A stretch of 62,506 nt of DNA, filler included, from Nemertoderma westbladi (GCA_032718475.1; 4 parts of 4 records of this genome joined end to end with filler, not necessarily neighbours in it); one strand, 5' to 3'; numbered from the whole stretch's first letter, positions 47,801-60,471 are shown. Numbers and translations: made by a program. Notes: a model not told the origin generated them from the sequence alone.

Positions 47801-50800
47801 TGTAGGCCGGTTCCGATCTAACTGTTTGTAGGCCGGTTCCGATCTAACTGTTTGTAGGCCGGTTCCGATCTAACTGTTTGTAGGCCGGTTCCGATCTAAC
47901 TGTTTGTAGGCCGGTTCCGATCTAACTGTTTGTAGGCCGGTTCCGATCTAACTGTTTGTAGGCCGGTTCTGATCTAACTGTTTGTAGGCCGGTTCCGATC
48001 TAACTGTTTGTAGGCCGGTTCCGATCTAACTGTTTGTAGGCCGGTTCCGATCTAACTGTTTGTAGGCCGGTTCCGATCTAACTGTTTGTAGGCCGGTTCC
48101 GATCTAACTGTTTGTAGGCCGGTTCCGATCTAACTGTTTGTAGGCCGGTTCCGATTTAACTGTTTGTAGGCCGGTTCCGATCTAACTGTTTGTAGGCCGG
48201 TTCCGATCTAACTGTTTGTAGGCCGGTTCCGATCTAACTGTTTGTAGGCCGGTTCCGATCTAACTGTTTGTAGGCCGGTTCCGATCTAACTGTTTGTAGG
48301 CCGGTTCCGATCTAACTGTGTGTAGGCCGGTTCCGATCTAACTGTTTGTAGGCCGGTTCCGATCTAACTGTTTGTAGGCCGGTTCCGATCTAACTGTTTG
48401 TAGGCCGGTTCCGATCTAACTGTTTGTAGGCCGGTAACGATCTAACTGTTTGTAGGCCGGTAACGATCTAACTGTTTGTAGGCCGGTTCCGATCTAACTG
48501 TTTGTAGGCCGGTTCCGATCTAACTGTTTGTAGGCCGGTTCCGATCTAACTGTTTGTAGGCCGGTTCCGATCTAACTGTTTGTAGGCCGGTTCCGATCTA
48601 ACTGTTTGTAGGCCGGTTCCGATCTAACTGTTTGTAGGCCGGTAACGATCTAACTGTTTGTAGGCCGGTTCCGATCTAACTGTTTGTAGGCCGGTTCCGA
48701 TCTAATTGTTTGTAGGCCGGTTCCGATCTAACTGTTTGTAGGCCGGTTCCGATCTAACTGTTTGTAGGCCGGTTCCGATCTAACTGTTTGTAGGCCGGTA
48801 ACGATCTAACTGTTTGTAGGCCGGTTACGATCTAACTGTTTGTAGGCCGGTTCCGATCTAACTGTTTGTAGGCCGGTTCCGATCTAACTGTGTGTAGGCC
48901 GGTTCCGATCTAACTGTTTGTAGGCCGGTTCCGATCTAACTGTTTGTAGGCCGGTTCCGATCTAACTGTTTGTAGGCCGGTTCCGATCTAACTGTTTGTA
49001 GGCCGGTTCCGATCTAACTGTTTGTAGGCCGGTAACGATCTAACTGTTTGTAGGCCGGTTCCGATCTAACTGTTTGTAGGCCGGTTCCGATCTAACTGTT
49101 TGTAGGCCGGTTCCGATCTAACTGTTTGTAGGCCGGTTCCGATCTAACTGTTTGCAGGCCGGTTCCGATCTAACTGTTTGTAGGCCGGTTAAGATCTAAC
49201 TGTTTCTAGGCCGGTTACGATCTAACTGTTTGTAGGCCGGTTCCGATCTAACTGTTTGTAGGCCGGTTCCGATCTAACTGTTTGTAGGCCGGTTCCGTTC
49301 TAACTGTTTGTAGGCCGGTTCCGATCTAACTGTTTGTAGGCCGGTTCCGATCTAACTGTTTGTAGGCCGGTTCCGATCTAACTGTTTGTAGGCCGGTTCC
49401 GATCTAACTGTTTGTAGGCCGGTTCCGATCTAACTGTTTGTAGGCCGGTTCCGATCTAACTGTTTGCAGGCCGGTTCCGATCTAACTGTTTGTAGGCCGG
49501 TTAAGATCTAACTGTTTCTAGGCCGGTTACGATCTAACTGTTTGTAGGCCGGTTCCGATCTAACTGTTTGTAGGCCGGTTCCGATCTAACTGTTTGTAGG
49601 CCGGTTCCGTTCTAACTGTTTGTAGGCCGGTTCCGATCTAACTGTTTGTAGGCCGGTTCCGATCTAACTGTTTGTAGGCCGGTTCCGATCTAACTGTTTG
49701 TAGGCCGGTTCCGTTCTAACTGTTTGTAGGCCGGTTCCGTTCTAACTGTTTGTAGGCCGGTTCCGATCTAACTGTTTGTAGGCCGGTTCCGATCTAACTG
49801 TTTGTAGGCCGGTTCCGATCTAACTGTTTGTAGGCCGGTTCCGATCTAACTGTTTGTAGGTCGGTTCCGATCTAACTGTTTGTAGGCCGGTTCCGATCTA
49901 ACTGTTTGTAGGCCGGTTCCGATCTAACTGTTTGTAGGTCGGTTCCGATCTAACTGTTTGTAGGCCGGTTCCGATCTAACTGTTTGTAGGCCGGTAACGA
50001 TCTAACTGTTTGTAGGCCGGTTCCGATCTAACTGTTTGTAGGCCGGTTCCGATCTAACTGTTTGTAGGCCGGTTCCGATCTAACTGTTTGTAGGCCGGTT
50101 CCGATCTAACTGTTTGTAGGCCGGTTCCGATCTAACTATTTGTAGGCCGGTAACGATCTAACTGTTTGTAGGCCGGTTCCGATCTAACAGTTTGTAGGCC
50201 GGTTCCGATCTAACTGTTTGTAGGCCGGTTCCGATCTAACTGTTTGTAGGCCGGTTCCGATCTAACTGTTTGTAGGTCGGTTCCGATCTAACTGTTTGTA
50301 GCCCGGTTCCGATCTAACTGTTTGTAGGCCGGTTCCGATCTAACTGTTTGTAGGCCGGTTCCGATCTAACTGTTTGTAGGTCGGTTCCGATCTAACTGTT
50401 TGTAGGCCGGTTCCGATCTAACTGTTTGTAGGCCGGTTCCGATCTAACTGTTTGTAGGCCGGTTCCGATCTAACTGTTTGTAGGCCGGTTCCGATCTAAC
50501 TGTTTGTAGGCCGGTTCCGATCTAACTGTTTGTAGGCCGGTTCCGATCTGACTGTTTGTAGGCCGGTTCCGATATAACTGTTTGTAGGCCGGTTCCGATC
50601 TAACTGTTTGTAGGCCGGTTCCGATCTAACTGTTTGTAGGTCGGTTCCGATCTAACTGTTTGTAGGCCGGTTCCGATCTAACTGTTTGTAGGCCGGTTCC
50701 GATCTAACTGTTTGTAGGCCGGTTCCGATCTAACTGTTTGTAGGCCGGTTCCGATCTAACTGTTTGTAGGCCGGTTCCGATCTAACTGTTTGTAGGCCGG

Positions 50801-51551
50801 TTCCGATCTAACTGTTTGTAGGCCGGTAACGATCTAACTGTTTGTAGGCCGGTTCCGATCTAACTGTTTGTAGGCCGGTTCCGATCTAACTGTTTGTAGG
50901 TCCGTTCCAATCTACTGTTTGTAGGCCGGTACCGATCTGACTGTTTGTAGGCCGGTAACGATCTAACTGTTTGTAGGCCGGTTCCGATCTAACTGTTTGT
51001 AGGCCGGTTCCGATCTAACCGTTTGTAGGCCGGTTCCGATCTAACTGTTTGTAGGCCGGTTCCGATCTAACTGTTTGTAGGCCGGTTCCGATCTAACTGT
51101 TTGTAGGTCGGTTCCGATCTAACTGTTTGTAGGCCGGTTCCGATCTAACTGTTTGTAGGCCGGTTCCGATCTAACTGTTTGTAGGCCGGTTCCGATCTAA
51201 CTGTTTGTAGGCCGGTTCCGATCTAACTGTTTGTAGGCCGGTTCCGATCTAACTGTTTGTAGGCCGGTTCCGATCTAACTGTTTGTAGGCCGGTAACGAT
51301 CTAACTGTTTGTAGGCCGGTTCCGATCTAACTGTTTGTAGGCCGGTTCCGATCTAACTGTTTGTAGGTCCGTTCCAATCTAACTGTTTGTAGGCCGGTAC
51401 CGATCTGACTGTTTGTAGGCCGGTAACGATCTAACTGTTTGTAGGCCGGTTCCGATCTAACTGTTTGTAGGCCGGTTCCGATCTAACCGTTTGTAGGCCG
51501 GTTCCGATCTAACTGTTTGTAGGCCGGTTCCGATCTAACTGTTTGTAGGCC
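44832..51551. repeat. 26-bp satellite (ctgtttgtaggccggttccgatctaa), about 258 units, truncated by the contig start
   Basis: Head-to-tail units with no spacers; recurrent variants such as ggtaacgat and aggtcgg. Confidence 0.99.
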
Positions 51552-51924
51552 TGCACTAATAGTATTCATGTATGTACTGTGCAGCTGTCGTACTGTACTT
51601 TCATGCTGATTTAATACTAAATGTATGCCATAATCATGTACAGTACTACTGTATTTAATTTTTTCTTGATGTCTGACTCACTCTGTACAGCTGCTGTACA
51701 AGATCTCTGTACAAGATCTCTACACGTTTAGCCTTTATATGCGTTTCATTTCTTTTATATATGTTTTTCATTGTTTTATAAATATGGTCGCAATACTTAA
51801 TAATGTACCGGTACTACTATAATTACTTTCAGTTTGGTCTTCCTTTTCGCGTGTACGGGTTGGGTTCCATAAGCATTGCTTTCTTATACCGTAAACTATT
51901 AAACATTAAACATCGACACCCTGC

Positions 51925-52535
51925 CCTGGAATATAGTGTTGTTATTCAGGTACCACCCCCCCCCCCCCCCCCCCCCCCCCCTATTATTTTAAAGGCCCGT
52001 TTCCGCGCTGCTTTTTTTGAGCTTTATTTCCAGCTTTTTTGTAGTTAAAACAATTTCTAGAAATTAATTGCTTCAAGATGAATCTGAGAATTTTCGAATG
52101 TTAAAATCTAAAATATAGAATAAAGCTCAAAAAAAGTTTAAAAAAAAGCTCAAAGAAAAGCTTAAAAAAAAGCTTAAAAAAAAGCTCAAAAAAGGCTAGA
52201 AAAAAAGCTCAAAAAAAGCTGGGCGAATATCATAATTATCTAATTCTAGAACATTCATATTACATCTTAATTTTAACTTTGAACGTTAGAAAAGACATAT
52301 CAAGCTTGAAAAAAGGCTTGAAAAAAAGCTCAAAAAAAGCTAGAAAAAAAGCTAGAAAAAAGGCTCAGAATAGCGCACATAAAAAAGCAGCGCGGAAACG
52401 GGCAAATCAAAATGGGCAAACGAAAATCAGATTGTGTTACATGGAATTCTTATTCAATCTCTAAGATTTGTAGAAAAATTTGAGGGGGGGGGGGGAGGGG
52501 CAGTTACCTGAATAACGACACTATATTCCAGGACA
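51925..52535. mobile_element. MITE with TIRs followed by poly-C/poly-G; contains a second MITE
   Basis: cctggaatatagtgttgttattcaggta+Cn versus Gn+tacctgaataacgacactatattccagg; another left end at ~21835. Confidence 0.85.
51995..52403. mobile_element. Nested MITE with internal aaaaaagctc/aaaaaagcta tandem repeats
   Basis: TIRs gcccgtttccgcgctgctttttt / aaaaaagcagcgcggaaacgggc. Confidence 0.85.
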
Positions 52536-52544
52536 TTGTGTAAT

Positions 52545-54880
52545 AGTCGAGTTAATCTAGCAAAAAACCCTAAGTATTTCGCAATTAATCCGAACCAAAT
52601 ATTTTGGATTCTATATTACCTTATAAATGACCAAAAAAAGTCTATAAAATTTTATTTTGCGGATCATATGTTTATTCATGGAAATTCTGCGTAAATTTGC
52701 ATAACACAAGCCAAACAAAAGGAACAGTAGGGAAAAGTAAGTAGCAAATTGGTGATGTTCCAGAATAATTTAATTAATTCAATTTAATTAATTGAAAAAT
52801 TTAATCGATAATGAATTGGTTATGAAATCGTTATAATCGGTAGAGAGGCGTCAAGCCTCTCTACCCATCGCTCTTTGTGGCCTTGGGGTAAGGAGTACGA
52901 GGGACATCTCAATACCGGCCTTTTTGGCTTCGTTCTCAGGATGCGGTCCCCTACTCCAATCCCTTCTTCCACCACCGATCATCGAAGCACCCAACCACCG
53001 GTTCGACCAAGGCCTGAGAGCTCTTCCAACAGACTACGAAGTACCTATCAACCCCATATTCCAGAAAGCCTGGAGCAATCCATTGGATGTTACTGCCTCA
53101 AAGAAAATCCTTGATGGAGCGAAGCCCCCATCACACAAGGCACGCCTTCTAGCGTCAGTGGCAGACCATGCAGGCGACTGGCTCCATGCCATCCCAATCT
53201 CATCTCTTGGTCTCCGCCTCGAGGACGACCAGCTCCGAGTAGGTGTAGCGCTGCGTCTCGGAGCCCCTATCAGCGTCGAGCATAACTGCCGTGGTTGTGG
53301 CGGTCTAGTAGACAGATGGGCCACCCATGGCCTCTCGTGTATCCACAATTATGGGAAATTCACCCGTCACGCAGAGGCCAATGATATAATCCATCGTGCC
53401 CTAACCTCTGCAGGAGTTGTTTCTACCCTCGAGCCGCGAGGTCTGTCCCACGATGGTAAGGTGCCGGACGGAATGACTCTTGCACCATGGGCCACAGGAA
53501 AACCTCTCGTGTGGGACTTCACATGCAGGGACACCCTGGCCGCGTCCCACCTTCCAGGCACTTCCTCTACAGCAGGTGCCGCTGCCGCATCTGCCGAATC
53601 TGCAAAATTAAGAAAATATACCGAGCTCCAGCACAACTACCACTTCACCACCATTGCTGTCGAGACCCTAGGTGCTATCGGTAGCGAAGGAACACAAATC
53701 CTTCGAGAGATTGGCCGCCGCATCTCGCTAAAATCCGCCGAACCAAGGGCGACCACATTTCTCTTCCAGAGGTTGTCGATGGCCATTGTCCGGGGAAACG
53801 CCACCGCTGTGCTTGGTACCCTACCAGCCAAGGCAGACCTCAACGAGATCCTACTCCTCTAGAGCCAACTACATCCGACCCCAGCTCAGCCTTCCACTAA
53901 ATCCAATTTAGTCCCCAACTTACCAACTATTGATTTATCAATGGATCCGATTACCTACGAACTGTACCTAACTGAGTTTGTATTTATGTGATGTTATCAA
54001 TGAGTCATTCGTTATATCAATATTAAGTAAAATATTTTACATAAGTATTAAAGTCTAATGTAAGGAAAAACATCCAAAATGTAATTCTGGATAATATAGT
54101 TGTGATTTAATTAATTTAATTGCTGTAATTCAATGGGAAATTTGTAATAGTTACTCTGGCGTGTTACACATTAATTGCGATATCTCGGAAACTAGAAGTA
54201 GCATCCAATTTTTAAATATATCTAAAATTTTACGATATATTAAGGAAACCGTTGTAAAAAATCATACATTTCCATTGCAAGGAAATTTCATAATTTCCAT
54301 TAATGTTAGTGAAGATTTTTCAAATAATTAAATTGTGATTGCTCTATTGATTTTAGGTGTAATTTATTTATTTGTTTTAGTTTGAAAAACACAATATTTA
54401 GTTTATCATATAACAAATGCACTTTTTGGGGATAAGGGATTTTGAGGTCGATAAATCCGATGGGTGAGGTTACAGTACATCCACCCGTTTAGTAGAGAAG
54501 TTGTGGAAATAAGGTCTTTATATTGTACCAGCAAAATTGGTATTAAAAATGGTTAAATTATTAGACAAATGTCCGCTGCTCTAGAAACTAAATTGGTAAC
54601 TATATACAGTAGAAGTGCATACTTCTGTCAATCGATAGTCATTAGAGTAAAGTTTGTCTGTACCAAATTTGGAGAAAATCCCACCACTAGACCCCTTGTT
54701 GCTATGTAAAATCCACGTTGCTAAGGAAAGAAACAGCAAATTGAAAGTGATCCGCATAATATATTTTATAGACTTTTTTGGGGGTATTAACAAGGTAATT
54801 TAGAATAAAAAACAATTGGTTTGGGTGAATTGCGAATTTGTTATGGGTTGACCCCTTTTTTCAGCTAGATTGACTCCCCT
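52545..54880. mobile_element. Non-autonomous element with ~125-bp imperfect TIRs hosting the CRE-like insertion
   Basis: 52545-52666 (…aaaaaagtctataaaattttattttgcggatca) is inverted at 54748-54880. Confidence 0.7.
52852..53862 (+). mobile_element. 5'-truncated RLE-type non-LTR retrotransposon (CRE-like): end of RT thumb, CCHC finger, restriction-like endonuclease
   Basis: QASLP..CGLG, AGDWLHAIP...LGLRL, CRGC...HGLSC, RH, PDG, WDFTC, KLRKY, AVETLG; frame open from 52852. Confidence 0.88.
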
Positions 54881-55689
54881 ATAAACTGTAGCTTACTACA
54901 ACAGCTGATGCGTTACTGGGCAACCCACACAAACAATAACAAACGCTCCATAAAATTCTTAAAGTCTGACACTGCACTGCGAACATATTACCGTATACCG
55001 TAGTCTGTAGTCAAATCAACCCCACTCCATTTCAACAATGGGGCCTGTACTGTGTACGTGTACGATAGCAGGATAGCCTATTGCATTTACTCAGTTATTA
55101 ATAACGCCGACAGTACAGCAGTAGGCCTACACCTCCCATCTGCCCACCTGCAGTAGTTTTGGCTTTGGATGCGCATAAATACAGTACAGCAGTAGTTTGG
55201 GGAAAATCGGGGCAGCGCTCATTGCAGCAGTTATCAGGTTATCACTGGATTTTTTTATATATATATCTTTTTAGCTTTTTATCACGGGTACTGTTATTGC
55301 ACAATACCTATACTGCTGTAGTCTGGTAGTAACAATAATGCTAAAATAATAATATCGTATCAGAATCTGAGAAAACAGCCAACTAATGTGGTTTTATTTA
55401 TTTTACCTGCAGTACAGTCAGGCCAGCAGGCAGTCGGATGATTCTAGTCTTAGGTTCGGGTATTCATTTCTGACTGTCCCCGAAACAATTACTAAATAAA
55501 TAAATCCTGCTGTTGGGGCTGGTTGGTAGTAGCCCCATCCAACACCAATAGGTTCAATAAGGAAAGCGCGATTTGGGTACCTCGGTCCGCGGACCAGAAG
55601 GCAGTATAATGCCGAATTATAGATACAAGGATATGATGCACAGCGACCTCTACTACAGTAGTAGAGATCGCTGTGGTATGATGTAATGG

Positions 55690-56300
55690 GTAATGTAGCG
55701 TTAGGTCCAAATCGGTATACCTTAGGTCCCATAGCTTTAGGTCCTGGCGCATTAGGTCCTGTAGCGTTAGGTCCTGTAACTTTAGGTCCTGGCGCATTAG
55801 GTCATGTAGCATTAGGTCCTGTGCATATATCTGACTGTTGATTCTCAATTAATCTATTCTACAATATTCCTAACTCTCGTTTATTGTTTTGGTTCCCTTC
55901 AACTCGCCTCTGTAACCTGCTCCATTGCTAACCTGCCTGGTATTGGAGGCAGACTGGGCCTACTGCTACCAGGACCTAACGCCACGGACCTAATGCTACC
56001 AGAACCTAATCAGTCGGGCACTTTGTCAATATTGACATGCGTCAATATTGACATGTAAAGCTAATTTCTCCAGGATGGGGCATGTCAAAATTGACATGGA
56101 CATGTCAATATTGACATTTTTTTACCCGACGTGTTCAAATATTTCCAGACGTGTTTTTTAAATATAAAAATCGAAATTATAAGTAAATTAGAAACTTTTG
56201 ACCGTGCTGAAATTTTTTTCACCGTGCCGTTTAGTTAATCAGCTAATGCCACGGACCTAACGCTACCAGGACCTAAAGCGCCAGGACCTAACGCACCATA
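55690..56300. mobile_element. Foldback element with arms made of ttaggtcc / ggacctaa repeats and a nested palindromic-repeat insert (~56012-56150)
   Basis: ttaggtcc repeats at 55700-55820, ggacctaa at 55972-56010 and 56253-56292; central core motif at 55878; four tgtcaaWattgaca palindromes. Confidence 0.7.
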
Positions 56301-57592
56301 ATCATGTAATCGAGCTCTGTATTGACTGCTTCGTTCAATTTCAAGGCTTCTGTTATACAAAGTCATTAAGCGCGACCGGCATCAGGCAAAAGCCGGCATA
56401 TTGATTAATTGAGATCTAATTTTAATAAACTTTTTGAATGTCAAACTGTAGACTGGTAGACAGATGTTCGTTGAAGTAACTACCGAACATCACTGTATCA
56501 GCCAGCATGTCTGTTGTATTTGGTAGCCATTTTTACCGTACAACTTACATAAAACTCTAGCAGTCGAGTCAAGTTTAGGCCATTGTGCCGGTAAATAGAC
56601 TTATCCAGAACAAATTGCAATAGTTTTCTTTTTTCGAATTGTACTGCACTGATCCGTTGATTGGAGATGTCTGGATGTCATATCAGCAATCAGCATATTT
56701 AATGACACGACCAGTTATTAAAATAATAAAGTTTAAATATGAATGCAGTGGTGATATTTTGTTGATTCACAAGACTCTTTTTTTTCTACCATAACATATT
56801 TTCTGCAACATATACTAATTAACAACTATTACAACAATTATATATGCAACAAATATTTCCTTACTACCAAGCAAGTAGAGCAATAAAGTAAATATAGTAT
56901 TTCAGTCTCTTCCATCGAAGTATTCCAGTACCGGTATCGTTGGCATTTTTTCCAAATTAATAGATAAATTATTTTAGATCAATCGCAAGCGATTGATTGA
57001 ACTAGGCCTACATAGTTACCTACCAATGTAGTTGGCAGCAGCGAGTTATATTTAATTCGTTAAATATATAAGTTATTTATATTTATTTCCCATGGTAACG
57101 TGTTATATTAATTATATATAGTGGTATATATGTAGTATAATATAGTATATATAGTATAACATTGGAAAGACCAGTTCATTCCCCAGTGAATCACAGCTTA
57201 CTGTGCAAATAATTGAATTATTATGTTGTTATGGAACATACGCCGTTCGATGTTTATTCCTCCCTAATGAATTAACCTTTGTCTTCTATGTATGGAACAT
57301 TAATAAATAATGGCAATGCGAATGCGCACTTCTTGCTACTGCACTACACATGTAATTAACTTTACTGGTTGGAACTTTTATGCCAATTTCTGTATAAATT
57401 TTGCTAATTATCTCGGAAGGTTTATCCGACAATTTCCGATCCGTTATTGTGTATGGAATCAATCGGCAAAGAAAACAAACATGTTGCAATTGGTTTTCGG
57501 TATCGAACTATCTTGACTCGACTTAGGAAGTATAGGTAGGCTGGCTCCTCGATTCGTGTAGTTTTACTGTAATTTATATATAATAATTTATA

Positions 57593-58960
57593 ATGGCTAA
57601 AGTTGCTGGGCGCATGAAGTTGGGTCTTCTCATTGGAACAGTGCGGGAAGGGAGATTAAGTTTAAGGTAAGTCGTTGTTTATTATGCATTAGTGTCGTTA
57701 CATAATATATATATAATATAATATAATATCATTACATATTTTTACGATTTACCATAAATATTTATATATTTCCAGTATTCGAATATTACACAGACATTAT
57801 GGTCTGCAAATATTATAATTCATTATGTGAATATTAAAATTTACAAACTAAATTATATAATATATATATACTCCCGGGATTATAACTGTAGGCCTAGTAA
57901 TAGAGCATATACCTAAAATATATTTATAACGGTACAAATTTAGACTTTAAAACTTTTATATTTATATCCTATACATATAGTTAGGGTGTAAACGCTACGC
58001 CTAATTAATGTTAATTCTCAATTGAGAAAAAGGAACAGGTTCCAGTGGAAGGTTATTCTAACCAAAACCATAAACGAGAGTCACGAACTCAGGTTACATT
58101 TTCATATTTCCCGTTGTCGGCAGTGGTTGTCGGCGTAGCGTTTACAGCCATATAGTTATACTACAACCACTCACAGTGAATTTAATCAATTCAACACACT
58201 CCATTGTATTGTCCAGGTAGCCTTGGTCTAGGCATATTGAGAGTGACGTTTGTTCAATTAAATACTGTGAATTAAGTATATGAATAAATATTTGTAATAA
58301 CATTGAATTTATTACTGAACATAATAGCATATTATTTATTATGAGTAGATCAGTGAAACCATGTAATACGTTATAAAGTAAGCTACAAAATCGAAAGCTA
58401 CGCCTCGGAAAAAATGTGCACATTCTACTAATAGTAGAATGTGCACATTCTACTATTCCTCGAAAATGCGGATAAAAAAAGTTTGACAAAAAATTGTAGC
58501 GGTACTTTCTTTTTGTAACAGAAATAGTTATTAAAAATATTTGCGAGAAAAGGAGGATTTTGCAAATATAATACTGTATTCCCAACAAATTATTTACCAC
58601 CACCCACCAGTAACATTAATTAGTATTCAACACCAAACCAAAGAAAAATGTTTTTTTGGGATAAATAAATTAAGTTCTATTGGAGAATAGAAGTTGTTGC
58701 CTCTAAAATAGATTTCATGTTTAATCATCTATGTGGGATAGCGAATTAATGTTTATTGTCTGACTTCGAAATATACGAACTCTCGTAAAAATTAATCCTG
58801 ATATTCTGATATTCAGATATTTCCATTATTAAATCCCTCTGTATTACAGGGTTGGCCGCTACATGGAATCCCAACTCACTAAAAGAAACTTCGATGTCTA
58901 TGTTTGTGATGCAGAAGAACTTGACCTTCCCTTGCTTAAGAAGCCACTTCACTTTTACAG
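57593..58960 (+). CDS. NADPH-dependent FMN/quinone reductase (flavodoxin-like), exons 1-2: join(57593..57666,58850..58960), 3'-partial
   Basis: MAKVAGRMKLGLLIGTVREGRLSLR|VGRYMESQLTKRNFDVYVCDAEELDLPLLKKPLHFY; G[ST]xRxGR FMN phosphate-binding loop; canonical phase-2 GT-AG sites join in frame. Confidence 0.85.
57987..58146. mobile_element. Small MITE inside the reductase intron
   Basis: TIRs tgtaaacgctacgcc / ggcgtagcgtttaca; internal reversed core ctaaccaaaaccataaacg. Confidence 0.75.
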
Positions 58961-59049
58961 GTAATGGAAATTATTCTTATACATTCAATACCGGACCCCC
59001 CCACCTCCTAGCTGGGTGAACTAGAATATTTATTTTCGCTTTCATTCTT

Positions 59050-59149
59050 NNNNNNNNNNNNNNNNNNNNNNNNNNNNNNNNNNNNNNNNNNNNTTAATTA
59101 ATTAANNNNNNNNNNNNNNNNNNNNNNNNNNNNNNNNNNNNNNNNNNNN
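59050..59149. other. Artificial contig linker
   Basis: N44-TTAATTAATTAA-N44. Confidence 0.97.
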
Positions 59150-60471
59150 TATCTCCTATTCCCTTCTCCGTCTCTGGTGGTTCTTACCAGTAACTGTCTC
59201 ACCCACTTTATCTCCTATTCCCTTCTCCGTCTCTGGTGGTTCTTACCAGTAACTGACTCACCCACTTTATCTCCTATTCCCTTCTCCGTCTCTGGTGGTT
59301 CTTACCAGTAACTGACTCACCCACTTTATCTCCTATTCCCTTCTCCGTCTCTGGTGGTTCTTACCAGTAACTGACTCACCCACTTTATCTCCTATTCCCT
59401 TCTCCGTCTCTGGTGGTTCTTACCAGTAACTGACTCACCCACTTTATCTCCTATTCCCTTCTCCGTCTCTGGTGGTTCTTACCAGTAACTGACTCACCCA
59501 CTTTATCTCCTATTCCCTTCTCCGTCTCTGGTGGTTCTTACCAGTAACTGACTCACCCACTTTATCTCCTATTCCCTTCTCCGTCTCTGGTGGTTCTTAC
59601 CAGTAACTGACTCACCCACTTTATCTCCTATTCCCTTCTCTGTCTCTGGTGGTTCTTACCAGTAACTGACTCACCCACTTTATCTCCTATTCCCTTCTCC
59701 GTCTCTGGTGGTTCTTACCAGTAACTGACTCACCCACTTTATCTCCTATTCCCTTCTCCGTCTCTGGTGGTTCATACCAGTAACTGACTCACCCACTTTA
59801 TCTCCTATTCCCTTCTCCGTCTCTGTGGTGGTTCTTACCAGTAACTGACTCACCCACTTTATCTCCTATTCCCTATTCCCTTCTCCGTCTCTGTGGTGGT
59901 TCTTACCAGTAACTGACTCACCCACTTTATCTCCTATTCCCTTCTCCGTCTCTGTGGTGGTTCTTACCAGTAACTGACTCACCCACTTTATCTCCTATTC
60001 CCTTCTCCGTCTCTGTGGTGGTTCTTACCAGTAACTGACTCACCCACTTTATCTCCTATTCCCTTCTCCGTCTCTGGTGGTTCTTACTAGTAACTGACTC
60101 ACCCACTTTATCTCCTATTCCCTTCTCAGTCTCTGGTGGTTCTTACCAGTAATTGCCTCACCCACTTTATCTCCTATTCCCTTCTCAGTCTCTGGTGGTT
60201 CTTACCAGTAACTGACTCACCCACTTTATCTCCTATTCCCTTCTCCGTCTCTGGTGGTTCTTACTAGTAACTGACTCACCCACTTTATCTCCTATTCCCT
60301 TCTCCGTCTCTGGTGGTTCTTACCAGTAACTGACTCATCCACTTTATCTCCTATTCCCTTCTCCATCTCTCTGGTGGTTCTTACCAGTAACTGTCTCACC
60401 CACATTGTCTCCTATTCCCTTCTCCGTCTCTGGTGGTTCTTACCAGTAACTGTCTCACCCACATTATCTCC
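59150..60471. repeat. 59-bp minisatellite, about 22 units, pyrimidine-rich on + strand
   Basis: tatctcctattcccttctccgtctctggtggttcttaccagtaactgactcacccactt head-to-tail; a run of +2-nt variants at ~59820-60050. Confidence 0.98.

Noticed and set aside
44832-51551. CRISPR array
   Set aside because: Units are head-to-tail with no unique spacers, no cas genes are present and the context is eukaryotic. The same applies to 59150-60471 and 34135-34470.
55492-55848. ORF with QDL repeats
   Set aside because: Translation of the ggacctaa DNA repeats of a foldback element.
58746-58952. Minus-strand 68-aa ORF
   Set aside because: Antisense shadow of exon 2 of the FMN reductase.
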